Under the pieces are notes generated by a model, which was not told where the DNA came from, searched no databases, and was given only the letters and a program-made list of their open reading frames with translations. The translations under genes were made by a program, and so were the position numbers. Positions 1 through 14,580 of a DNA stretch of 64,000 nt are shown here, in pieces (within the stretch, counting starts at the first letter, position 1; the number at the start of each line of letters is the position of its first letter). Source of the DNA: the human T2T-CHM13v2.0 reference genome, Homo sapiens; the NCBI RefSeq assembly GCF_009914755.1, contig NC_060931.1. One strand, written 5' to 3'.

Positions 1-229
1 CCTGATATGGGTCCTGTTGCATAAAGCGGGCACAGGGAGAGCCTCTATTATGGGGCTCTCTACATACGCAGGGCTAACTGCATTTTATCTTGATTTATGT
101 TGAGAGGCCAGGCATTCAAGGGCTGAACTGCCCAGACTCAAGTCTCCCCCTGTATTCCAATTCATATTTGTACCACCAATTCTCTCGGCAGCACCTACCT
201 CCAGGGCCCTTGGCTACTCGCTTTTGCAT

Positions 230-726
230 CAGCTTCCATGGCAAAAGCCAGCCATGCCTCACGTCATGCGTGCAGCTCCACACCTCTGCTCTCCTCCCGG
301 CTTCTCCATTGCTGCTGGAGCATGAGAAGCCAGGGATCCTCCTAATGGTTCATTATGTGTACCATGGAAGTATGGCATTAATATCCCGTAAAGAGCTCAT
401 ACCCTGTAGGGTAAATCTTTGACCAGTGGGAAATGGAGGCTGTCAAATAAATTCTTCTCCTTTTTCTCCCCAGACAGGCTTTCCTAAATAATTTGGTAGC
501 TCATGCGGCTTCTCAGAAAGTGGTCTTGTGAGGTAGAGCAATCGGTGCACTCAGTATCAGATGGCAGCCAGCTCCATAGTGCACACCCTCGTACTTGCCC
601 TCCCTCCTTCTCTGCCTCATTCCTATTTCCCTCAACCCTGCTTCCCTGGGGCTGCACTCCCTAATAATGTATTCCAATACAAGCTTTTGTGGGCTCTAGT
701 TTCTATAGAAGCTGGTCTAAAATGAC
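230..726 (+). mobile_element. LTR16-like solo LTR (ERVL), old and degraded
   Basis: The 3' portion 'ccctgcttccctggggctgcactccctaataatgtattccaatacaagcttttgtgggctctagtttctatagaagctggtctaaaatgac' resembles the LTR16 3' end. The 5' boundary is approximate. Confidence 0.6.
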
Positions 727-817
727 CCTGATATTTAAAAATATATCCCTTATTTCCAACCATCCTCTTAGATTTCAGCCTTAGCCCCTAATTTTTCCCT
801 AAATTAAAAAATGTTGT

Positions 818-1059
818 ACTGCATGTTCTCACCCATAAGTGGGAGTTGAACAGTGAGTACATATGGGCACAGGGAGGGGAACACACACGCCAGGGCCTGT
901 CGGGAGGTGGGGGTTGGGGAGGGATAGCATCAGGAGAAATACCTAATGTAGATGACAGGTTGATGGGTGCAGCAAACCACCATGGCACATGTATAGCTAT
1001 GCAGCAACCCTTCACGTTCTGCACATGTATCCCAGAACTTAAAGTATAATAATAATTTT
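818..1059 (+). mobile_element. 5'-truncated L1 3'UTR fragment (L1PA7/8-like)
   Basis: L1PA 3'UTR ending 'cccagaacttaaagtataataataa'. 11-bp TSD aaaaatgttgt at 807-817 and 1060-1070. Confidence 0.9.
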
Positions 1060-1730
1060 AAAAATGTTGTGCTATATTTGGGTTGCATCTGCCAGCTTTA
1101 TATTCAAGGCCTACATATAGCAATTAATTTAGAGGACAGTCTGGGAACCAAAGTGGTATTTGTTGGGTACAGACCTCAAAAGAGGCCACTTTGTTTCTTG
1201 ACACTCCCCAGTCTTGATGAAGTTCTCTCCATTTTTGGGCTGTGGTACAGCATTTGGCAACACACAGTTTCTGTCTGTGTATTCCCAATTCTTGGAAAGC
1301 CATTTGCTATTCATAAAACTTCTTTTCCAGTCTTGTGCACACATGTACATTCACGTATTTCTCTCAGGGTTCCTGATGGCTCCCAACCTCTAACCGAGGG
1401 AGAGACTCTGACGTCTGAAATTATCTTAGCCTTTGGAGCACACACCCTATTTTATTTTTCTTTATTCATTAAATATTAATCTGAATTAGGCTGCTAATGA
1501 CAGATTTCATCACCAAAAGGCATTATGCATTCTAGAGCCTGTTAATCTTTTCTAATAGTTCATCTGTATATAAGTGTATCCACTGCCACTCCCTCGCCTC
1601 ATTACACTGCCATTTTCCCAAGAGTATTGATGAGAAATAATAAAGTGAGTAAAGTGTATTGGCTATTTATTTTTTAATATAGCACCTCTTATCATCGGAG
1701 AGGTAAAGTCAGAATTAAGATAACAGCCAC

Positions 1731-2514
1731 TAAGAAAAGCCAAAAATATTTCACCCCAAAATATACTCCTTCTTTGATATATTTTGGGATGGATATTCAG
1801 AAGACCTGTAGAGAGAAATAGCCTGCAAAACTGCTTTTTGTGGAGGAGGTTTGCATCTGTAGAGAAAAATCTACATTAGGGAAATAAATAGCCAGGCTTT
1901 CTCTGACAACGCCTCCCCTCCAGTCTGGACCTAGGAGACATTTATTCTTTCTGGGAGCTGCTACAAATGAGGTTGCATGTACATAACAAGACCACTCTTC
2001 CTAGCCATGCCTTTCCCCTTCCCTCTCTCCCATAACCTGTCTTGACACATTGCAAGCCCCTGTTCTTTCTGGGTAGCTTTTACTCATGGTGGAAGGCGAA
2101 GCAGGAGCAGGCATCTTAACATGGCAGAAGCAGGACTAAGACATAGAGTGGGAGTTGCTACACACTTTCAAACAATAGAATCTCATGAGAACTCCATCAC
2201 AACAGCATGAAGGGGATGTTGCTAAACCATTCGTGAAGCATCCACCCCCACGATCCAATCACCTCCCACCAGGCCCCTCCTCCAACACTGGGGATTACAA
2301 TTGCACATGAGATTTGGGTGGGGAAGCCGACCTAAACCATATCAAGTGTCAACCACCTGGGCCTTTCGTTGAGTTTTTATATTTTGTATGACTCCTGTGC
2401 ACATGTGCGTATGTTAATAAATTTGATTATGTCTTTTCTCCTATTAATCTGCCCTTTGTCAGTTGATTTTCAGCAAACCTTCAGAGGACAAAGGGCAAAC
2501 CCTCAGCCCGTACA
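1731..2514 (+). mobile_element. 5' LTR of a MER4-group ERV1 provirus (LTR29/LTR49-like), interrupted by an MST LTR
   Basis: Near-copy of 19712-20222. Ends ...cccgtaca and is followed by a PBS. Confidence 0.85.
2071..2344 (-). mobile_element. Partial MaLR MSTB-like LTR inside the 5' LTR
   Basis: Ends 'aaaccatatca', the reverse complement of the MST start TGATATGGTTT. Absent from the 3' LTR copy. Confidence 0.85.
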
Positions 2515-2518
2515 GTTT

Positions 2519-2536
2519 TGGTGCTGTCAGCAGGAT
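2519..2536 (+). other. Retroviral primer-binding site, tRNA-Ser(CGA)-type
   Basis: tggtgctgtcagcaggat starts 4 nt after the LTR end. It matches 16/18 to TGGCGCTGTGAGCAGGAT, the complement of the recalled tRNA-Ser(CGA) 3' end. Confidence 0.65.
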
Positions 2537-2905
2537 AACCAAAACTGCTCTGCTCTTCCAGAAGCTGCAGTCAAGGGAACCCAGGACCTGACAAGCTGGC
2601 AGAATAGTAAGAATTCTTTAACAATTAGCTTCTTGGTTGTCTGTGGAATCTGGTTGAGTGGATGGTAAAAATCACTGTCTCTTTTTTCCTCTTCCCAATT
2701 TAAGACTGTGGGAGAAAAGCATGTATACAGACTGGTCTTAGGTTTAGCAATTTTGATGTTATTGTCATTGGTTTTGTATAAATAGGTGTATTGTGTGATC
2801 CTTTTCCTTCCAGGAATAGTCTTTGTTTTTTCTTTGTCTTTGTCTTCCCGTGCTGTTTTGTCATAAAGAAGGATACTATAGACTATGGAATAAAAACCGA
2901 AGGTT

Positions 2906-3199
2906 GGCCAGGTATGGTTGCTCACGCCTGTAACCCCAGCACTTCGAGAGGCTGAGGTAGGCAGATTACTTGAAGTCAGGAGTTCGAGACCAGCCTGGGC
3001 AACAAAGGGCCCCCTCCCCGACCTCTACAAAAAAAAAAAAAATTAACCGAGCACAGTGGCATCTGCTTATAGTCCCAGCCACTCGGGAGGTGGGTGGATT
3101 ACTTGATTGCCCAGGAGTTTGAGGCTGCAGTGAGCTATAATTGCCACTGCACTCAAGCCTGGATGACAGAGCAAGACTGTCACTGAAAAAAAAAAAAAA
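2906..3199 (+). mobile_element. AluJ
   Basis: Dimeric Alu with J-type 'ccaggagtttgaggctgcagtgagcta' and an A-tail. Confidence 0.9.
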
Positions 3200-3722
3200 G
3201 CAAACCCCACCCCCCCTGCCAAAACACTGGAGATTTCCCTCTCATTTTGTTGTACATCCTTGAGGGCTTGACTTGTGACCAAGTGGGAGCACCCTATTTT
3301 GGTCTCCACCATCTCAGGGGCCAGGATTTTTGGGTCACATTCAGTGGACAGTATGAAAGGGCTGAGAACCCCAAGACACATAAGATATTAAGAACACTTT
3401 TTGTTCCAAATGTGCCAAGCTTTTATGGGCGTTTGTCTTAATAAATCCCATCTATAAGGAGCTTTTGTTGTCTCAACTTTTGTTGCCTGGTTAGTTCTGG
3501 GAAAGTCTAATCCTAGGAGGGCCTACCCAGTGTCCCGGATCAATGGGTCTGTGACTGGCGCTCCCCTACACACAAATTTGTGGGATACCAGAGGCATCAT
3601 ATGCACAAACTGTATCCTTAACTGTCTGTAGCAACAACAGTCTTTTGCTATCTTAGACTATTTCTGTGAGTGACTTTTTTGGTGGGGAGTCATAGGGGAC
3701 TGCATCTTCTGTGCTGATTTTT

Positions 3723-4274
3723 TTAAAAATTTTATTATTATTATACTTTAAGTTTTAGGGTACACGTGCACAACATGCAGGTTTGTTACATATGTATACA
3801 TGTGCCATGTTGGTGTGCTGCACCCATTAACTCGTCATTTAGCATTAGGTATATCTCCTAATGCTATCCCTCCCCCCTCCCCCCACCCCACCACAGTCCC
3901 CGGTGTGTGATGTTCCCCTTCCTGTGTCCATGTGTTCTCATTGTTCAATTCCCACCTATGAGGGAGAACATGCGGTGTTTGGTTTTTTGTCCTCGCGATA
4001 GTTTGCTGAGAATGATGGTTTCCAGCTTCATCCACGTCTCTACAAAGGACACGAACTCATCTTTTTTATGGCTGCATAGTATTCCGTGGTGTATATGTGC
4101 CACATTTTCTTAATCCAGCCTATCATTATTGGACATTTGGGTTGTTTCCAAGTCTTTGCTATTGTAAATAGTGCCGCAATAAACATTCATGTGCATGTGT
4201 CTTTATAGCAGCATGATTTATAATCCTTTGGGTATATACCCAGTAATGGGATGGCTGGGTCAAATGGTATTTCT
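3723..4274 (-). mobile_element. 5'-truncated young L1 (L1PA3/4-like) 3' end
   Basis: Reverse-complement L1PA 3'UTR. 16-bp TSD ttctgtgctgattttt at 3707-3722 and 4271-4286. Confidence 0.92.
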
Positions 4275-6804
4275 GTGCTGATTTTTAAGACACCACTTAT
4301 ATCTATGGTATTCTAAATCTGGAAAATTACCACTGGGACTTTTCATTAAAAAGGATTATTGGCTTGAGCTGCTTAGGGAATAAATAAATTGGCTATAATT
4401 TTTTTAAAAAAACTTTTTAGAGAGTTCTCATCTTAAACAGCTATCTTATTGGTACCTATTAGAAAAAACAAACAAACAAACAAACAATAGCCTTAAAAAA
4501 AATCCCTTGAAAAAATCAAAAGAAAAAAATAGCAGAAATCAGTTTTCAAACAAAGTTAAAATCCTTTGTATACTCAAACTGCCTGCTTTGGGTCCCCTGC
4601 GAGATTTGCAAAGAAGGGACTCTAGCCAGTACTCTCATGGCTAGGATTCCATACTTAAACCACCATGGTCTGGGTGTGAGTCCTGTCTGGGAGCCAGTTC
4701 CTTGGAAATGTAAGTCCTTTAAATCAAAAGGAAAAAAAAATCTATAAAAACTGGTTTGATATTTGTATGACTCTTAACTTTTAGGGTATCCATTGTTTTG
4801 TAATCCTTTTTGCCCTCAGGGACAGTTTTTGATGTCCTGTCTTACAGACGGGTGTCTCTTGTAATCTTCCATCTACGGGGCACACTAGATGTCAGGCCTT
4901 TGTGTGCAGATGGTCAGCTAAGAAGCTGAGACTCCAGAGAATATGGTCAGACAGAAATGTGGGTTGTACCCTATTTGGGGTGAGTGAAACTTTCCTTTCT
5001 TTGAGCTGTCATTGGGGGTGATCTCTTGGGTGAGTTGCAGTTTTCCTCCCTCTTTGGAGACTTTAGTTAAAGCCATAAAGGACTTCTTGCTTTTAGTCTC
5101 ATGTGTGCTTATTTGTTTTGGTTTTGAGTCATTAGTTCAGGCATACCTCTGCTTTAAAACTTTTGTATTTAGAGTGTGATAGCAACTTTTTTTCCCCATT
5201 GATCTTGCTTCCCCTAGTAGGCCAGAGAGCCATACCTCCCTCTGCCACTGGAAACCAAACCATTGAGCTGAGGAGATGGACCCTACTGCAGCCATCACAC
5301 TCTCGGCTCTGGCAAAAGGCTGACTGCTTGTAGGATAGAACACTTGCTGCTTGGATATTTAAAACAAATTTTAAAAGAGCTTTATAGTCAAAATTAAAAG
5401 CTGATATTCAGGCTGTATTTTTAATAACCTTTCTGCTTTTTCTCTTTTGGATCCTATTTCTCCCCTGGGAATTTTTTCAGTCAATTAAAACCCTTTTTTA
5501 AAATGTATATGTTACATCTCTCTGTTCACTTCCTTTCTTGTTGGCATGATTTTTGCTGAGAAAAATGTAAAACTTCATTGATGTTTTTGGAAGTTTAAAA
5601 CCTTCCCAAACTGGTTCTCATTTACTTCTACTCTTCTCTCCCTTTTGCTTCCTTCGATATCAAATGAAGAGATCTAGACGGGATGTCTAGTGACCCTGAG
5701 ACCTATGTTCTTGAAAAACACAGAAAAAGGTACCACACACTCATTTTGGGGGGCCTTCTGTCTTCCTCACAGACCCCCAAGAGTCATAGACAGGGTCCTG
5801 TCAAGTCTAAAGCTCTGCTGCCATTTGCACTGAGTTCCCTGATCTCTCTGGCTTTTGGGAGTACCGGGAGTTACTTTGCACAGTGGGTGAGCACTTGACC
5901 TTTGAGTGTGCTGTGGCTGGTGAGTCCCTGGCAAGGCTGCAATTCTGGAGGCAGCTGACAGCAGTTTTAGTCAATGGTTATCACTACAAGGGGCTACTTG
6001 TTTCTTTGTGTGTTTCGATAAGCAAAGCATGGTCTGGGCACTTGGAGGCTGTGGGAACACATGCCATCAAAGGATAAGACTCCCATGGGGATTGGGCCGA
6101 TCACAGAGTGAGCTGGTTGGCATTGGGTTGCCCACTAGCCTCAGGGGAATGTCCTTGCAGCAAGGTTCACTGTGGAAGGGTATGGTGCTTCCTCTTGGGC
6201 TTTTGCCTCACCTCTGGAGAACCCAGGATTCAGTGAAAAATGACACCTGGGGATCCAAGCAAGCGCTCTTCCAGCTCTGCCTGCTTTTCACATATAACAG
6301 CATTAAGCCCCAGAAGCTGCAAATGCTTTGACAGCCCTATGCATTGATGGGCTCTGCCCTAAGCACACTTGGAAAAGGGAGACTTAATTGGTAACTAACT
6401 AAATTGTTCTCCTTATAAAATCCGCTAGTGAATTCCTACGTTTTTGTGTTATTTTGGCGTCCATTTTCGATCTTCCTCTAACACACCCAACTTCTTGAAA
6501 AAGCTTAAATTATCTCTCTGCACTTTGAGATGCAAATTTACGACCTATTTTTTCTAAAACTTGGTAAGGGCTTCGGCCTTGTGGAACAAATAAACTTTAA
6601 CTTGTTCCATTTACAGAGGCACAGTTTAATCCAACTGTCCTTTTAAACTAATGAGTTTTACCTGCCTCGTGGCTAAAATTTTAGAATCAGAGCTATAAAA
6701 TCTTTATGTTTGTCTGTTTCTTTGTGTGTATACATGTGTACACATCTGTGTTTGCATATTCTCTACATGGTACTAAATTGGACTTACAAATAAGTCAGTA
6801 CTCA

Positions 6805-7340
6805 TGAGAGGTGAAGCCAGCTGGAATTCCTGGGTCCAGTGGGGACTGGGGGAACGTTTCTGTCTTACAAGAGCTTTGTTAAACGCACCAACCAGGAACT
6901 TTCCTGTATTACAAGAGGTTTGTAAAATGCACCAATCAGGAACTTTCCTGTCTTACAAGAGGTTTGTAAAATGCACCAATCAGGAACTTTCCTGTCTTAC
7001 AAGAGGTTTGTAAAACGCACCAATCAGCACTCTGTAAAATGCACCAATCAGCGCTCTATAAAATGCACCAATCAGCAGGATTCTAAAAGTAGCCAATCGT
7101 GGGGAGGATTGAAAAAAGGGCACTCTGATAGGACAGCAATGGAACATAGGAGTGACCAATAAGGGAATAAAAGCCAGCCAGCAGCAACAACCTGCTCAGA
7201 TCCCCTTCCACGTTGCGGAAACTTTGTTCTTTCGCTCTTCACAATAAACCTGGCTACTGCTCACTCTTTGCGAAGGTCTGTGGCTTCATTCTTGAAGTCA
7301 GCAAGACCATGAACCCAGGCAGGAACCAACTCCGGACACA
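6805..7340 (+). mobile_element. LTR12F-like solo LTR (ERV9 group)
   Basis: Begins TGAGAGGTGAAGCCAGCTGG and ends CCGGACACA. Contains CCAAT repeats. 4-bp TSD ctca/ttca with one mismatch. Confidence 0.88.
6850..7025 (+). repeat. Four tandem copies of a 44-bp unit in the LTR12F U3 region
   Basis: Unit aggaactttcctgtcttacaagaggtttgtaaaatgcaccaatc. The 'ggaac' core recurs at 6851, 6895, 6939 and 6983. Confidence 0.9.
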
Positions 7341-7386
7341 TTCATAAATTAAATAATTTGCCCAAATATTTTTCACTTTAGTAATA

Positions 7387-7795
7387 GAGTTGACCCTTGA
7401 ACTGCAAGGGTCCACTTACATGCATATATTCTTCGGCCTCTGCCACCCTTGAGGCAAGAAGACCAACCCCTCCTGTTCCTCCTTCTCCTCAGCCTACTCA
7501 ACATGAAGATCATGAGGATGAAGACCTTAATGATGATTCACTTCCACTTAGTAGTAAATATTCTCTCTTCCTTATGATTTTCTTAATAACATTTTCTTCT
7601 CTCTAGCTTATTTGATTGTAACAATAAAGCATATAATACATAACATAAAAATATTGTTAATCAACTGTTAATATGTTGTCAGTAAGATTTCTAGTCAACC
7701 ATAGGCTAGTTGTTGTTACATTTTGTGGGAGTCAAATGTTTTCAACTCTGTGGGGGATTGGCTCCTCAACCCTTGTGTTGTTCAAGAGTCAACTA
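7387..7795 (+). mobile_element. Tigger2a (MER28)-like non-autonomous TcMar DNA transposon
   Basis: TIRs 'agttgacccttgaa' and 'ttcaagagtcaact', with TA on both flanks. Confidence 0.85.
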
Positions 7796-8616
7796 TATTT
7801 GGTAAAGAAAAATAGTTTTAACATTTTTGGTAAAATAAAATCAAAATGCCTACAGAATTTTAGACATTTTTGACTGGATCAACTGGTCAGACATATTTAT
7901 ACTTTCTCTTCTAGATGTTTTAAGGTAATAAACCTGGTATTTTTTATACTTAGTTTAATTTGTCTATGAGGTTATGTCTTTGGTTTTGAGCCTTTGAATT
8001 TAGGAGTCTAGCCAAGTGGCCATGCTGAGTCCTAGGGATATACAGAGCTTGGGTCACCAGCTACAGAGCAGGGACAAGCACATTATGGCCCCATCCTCCC
8101 TGGCTCAGCTATGCCTTCTGGATGTGCTGGGAGAGTCGGATCCTCCAGGCATGGTCTTCACAGCTTTGTCCTCTGTCCTGAGCTCTGCACTTTGTACATA
8201 ACAATTAAAATTGCTTACCTCCTGGATTTTCACTGGAAATTAGGGTTATTAAGAGTTAAAATAATTACATCTATGTCGTTAAAACCAGTAGATATAAGAA
8301 AAACAATTCTGTATGTAAAGAGTACAAAGAAAGCAAGATATGTTTGTTTAGGTAAATTATAAACGCATGAGGATATGTGTTGAGAAAAAATTAATTTTGT
8401 CTATAGAGGTTATTTAAACATCATTTCAAAACAAAGGGGAATGGTCCGGTTCCAAGATGGCTGAATAGGAACAGGTCCAGTCTATAGCTCCCAGCATGAA
8501 CAACACAGAAGACAGGTGATTTCTGCATTTCCAACTGAGGTACCAGGTTCATCTCACTGGGGATTGTTGGACAGTGGATGTAGCCCACTGAATGTGAGTC
8601 CAAGTAGGGTGGGGCA

Positions 8617-8880
8617 TCACCTTACCCAGGAAGTGCAAGGGGTCAGGGAATTCCCTTTCCTAGCCAAGGGAAGCCATGACAGACGGTACATGGAAAATCG
8701 GGACAGTCCTAACCTAATACTGCACTTTTCCAATGGTCTTAGCAAACGGCACACCAGGAGATTATATCCCGCACCTGACTTGGAGGGTCCTACACCCACA
8801 GAGCCTCGCTCACTGCTAGCACAGCAGTCTGAGATTGAACTGCAAGGCGGCAGTGAGGCTGGGGGAGGGGTATCTGCCAT
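8617..8880 (-). CDS. L1 antisense ORF0, open, 87 aa
   Basis: MADTPPPASLPPCSSISDCCASSERGSVGVGPS... matches recalled primate ORF0 (MAGAPPPASLPPCSLISDCCAS...). True ATG in gcaATGg context. Expression unknown. Confidence 0.7.
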   Translation of the reverse strand: MADTPPPASLPPCSSISDCCASSERGSVGVGPSKSGAGYNLLVCRLLRPLEKCSIRLGLSRFSMYRLSWLPLARKGNSLTPCTSWVR

Positions 8881-9449
8881 TGCTGAGGCTTGAGTAGGTA
8901 AACAAAGTGGCAGGGAAGCTCAAACTGGGTGGAGCCCACTGCAGCTCAATGAAGCCTGCCTGCCTCTGTAGACTCCACCTCTGGGGGCAGGACATAGCTG
9001 AGTAAAAGGCAGCAGAAACTTCTGCAGACTTAAAGGTCCCTGTCTGACAGCTTTGAAGAAAGTAGTGGTTCTCCCAGCACAGAGTTTGAGATCTGAGAAC
9101 GGACAAACTGCCTCCTCAAATGGGTCCCTGACCCCTGAGTAGCCTAACTGGGAGACATCTCCCATTAGGGGCCAACAGACACCTCATAGAGCTGGGTGCC
9201 CCTCTGAGATGAAGCTTCCTGAGGAAGGATCAGGCAGCAACATTTGCTGTTCTGCAATATTTGCGGTTCTGCAGCTTCCACTGGTGATACCTAGGCAAAC
9301 GGTCTGGAGTGGACCTCCAGCAAACTCCAACAGACCTGCAGCTGAGGGTCCTGACTCTTAGAAGGAAAACTAACAGAAAGGACATTCACACCAAAACCCC
9401 ATCAGTACGTCACCATCATCAAAGACCAAAGGTAGATAAAACCACAAAG

Positions 9450-10466
9450 ACGGGGAGAAACCAGAGCAGAAAAGCTGAAAATTCTAAAAATCAGAGTGCC
9501 TCTTCTCCTCCAAAGGAACGCAGCTCCTCGCCAGCAATGGAACAAAGCTGAATGGAGAATGACTTTGACAAGTTGACGAAAGCAGGCTTCAGATGATCGG
9601 TAATAACAAATTTCTCCGAGCTAAAGGAGGATGTTCGAACCCATTGCAAAGAAGCTAAAAACTTTGAAAGAAGATTAGACAAATGGCTAACTAGAATAAA
9701 CAGCCTAGAGAAGACCTTAAATGACCTGATGGAGCTGAAAACCATGGCATGAGAACTACGTGAAGCATGCACAAACTTCTGTAGTCGATTCGATCAAGTG
9801 GAAGAAAGGGTATCAGTGACTGAAGATCAAATGAATGAAATGAAGTGAGAAGAGAAGTTTAGAGAAAAAACAGCAAAAAGAAATGAACAAAGCCTCCAAG
9901 AAATATGGGACTATGTGAAAAGACCAAATCTACATCTGACTGGTGTACCTGAACGTGACAGGGAGAATGGAACAAAGTTGGAAAACACTCTTCAGGATAT
10001 TATCCAGGAGAACTTCCCTAACCTAGCAAGGCAGGCCAACATTCAAATTCAGGAAATACAGAGAACACCACAAAAATACTCCTCAAGAAGAGCAACTCCA
10101 AGACACATAATTGTCAGATTCACCAAAGTTGAAATGAAGGAAAGAATGTTAAGGGCAGCCAGAGAGGAAGGTCGGGTTAACCACAAAGGGAAGTCCATCA
10201 GACTAACAGTGGATCTCTCGGCAGAAATCCTATAAGCCAGAAGAGAGTGGGGGCCAATATTCAACATTCTTAAAGGAAAGAATTTTCAACACAGAATTTC
10301 ATATCTAGCCAAACTAAGCTTCATAAGTGAAGGGGAATTAAAATCCTTCACAGACAAGCAAATGCTGAGAGATTTTGTCACCACCAGTCCTGCCTTGCAA
10401 GAACTCCTGAAGGAGGCACTAAACATGAAAAGGTACCAGCCACTGCAACAACATATCAAATTGTAA
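9450..10466 (+). pseudogene. L1 ORF1p remnant (start codon ATG>ACG, internal stops)
   Basis: 'aaagACGgggagaaacc' sits at the normal start. ORF-track fragments 9309-9551 and 9915-10235 match ORF1p. Confidence 0.9.
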
Positions 10467-10529
10467 AGATTATCGATGCTAGGAAGAAACCGCATCAACT
10501 AATGAGCAAAATAACCAGCTAACATCATA

Positions 10530-14260
<3,731 letters not shown>

Positions 14261-14580
14261 AAACCATCCTTCTGAGCAAACTATCTCAAGGACAGAAAAT
14301 CAAACACCGCATGTTCTCACTTGTAGGTGGGAACTGAACAATGAGAAAACTTGGACACAGGGTGGTGAACATCACACACCAGGGCCTGTTGTGGGGTGGG
14401 GGGTGGGGGGGAGGGATAGCCTTAGGAGTTATATGTAATGCAAATGATGAGTTAATGGGTGCAGCACACCAACATGGTACATGTATACATATGTAGCAAA
14501 CCTGCACGTTGTGCACATGTACCCTAGAACTTAAAGTATAATAAAAATAAATAGATAAAACATTTTAAGATTAAAAAAAT

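Noticed and set aside
6850-7080. Regularly spaced repeats resembling a CRISPR array
   Set aside because: The units are contiguous with no unique spacers and lie inside an LTR12 LTR in primate DNA.
14391-14416. G-quadruplex-forming tract
   Set aside because: Standard feature of the L1PA 3'UTR.
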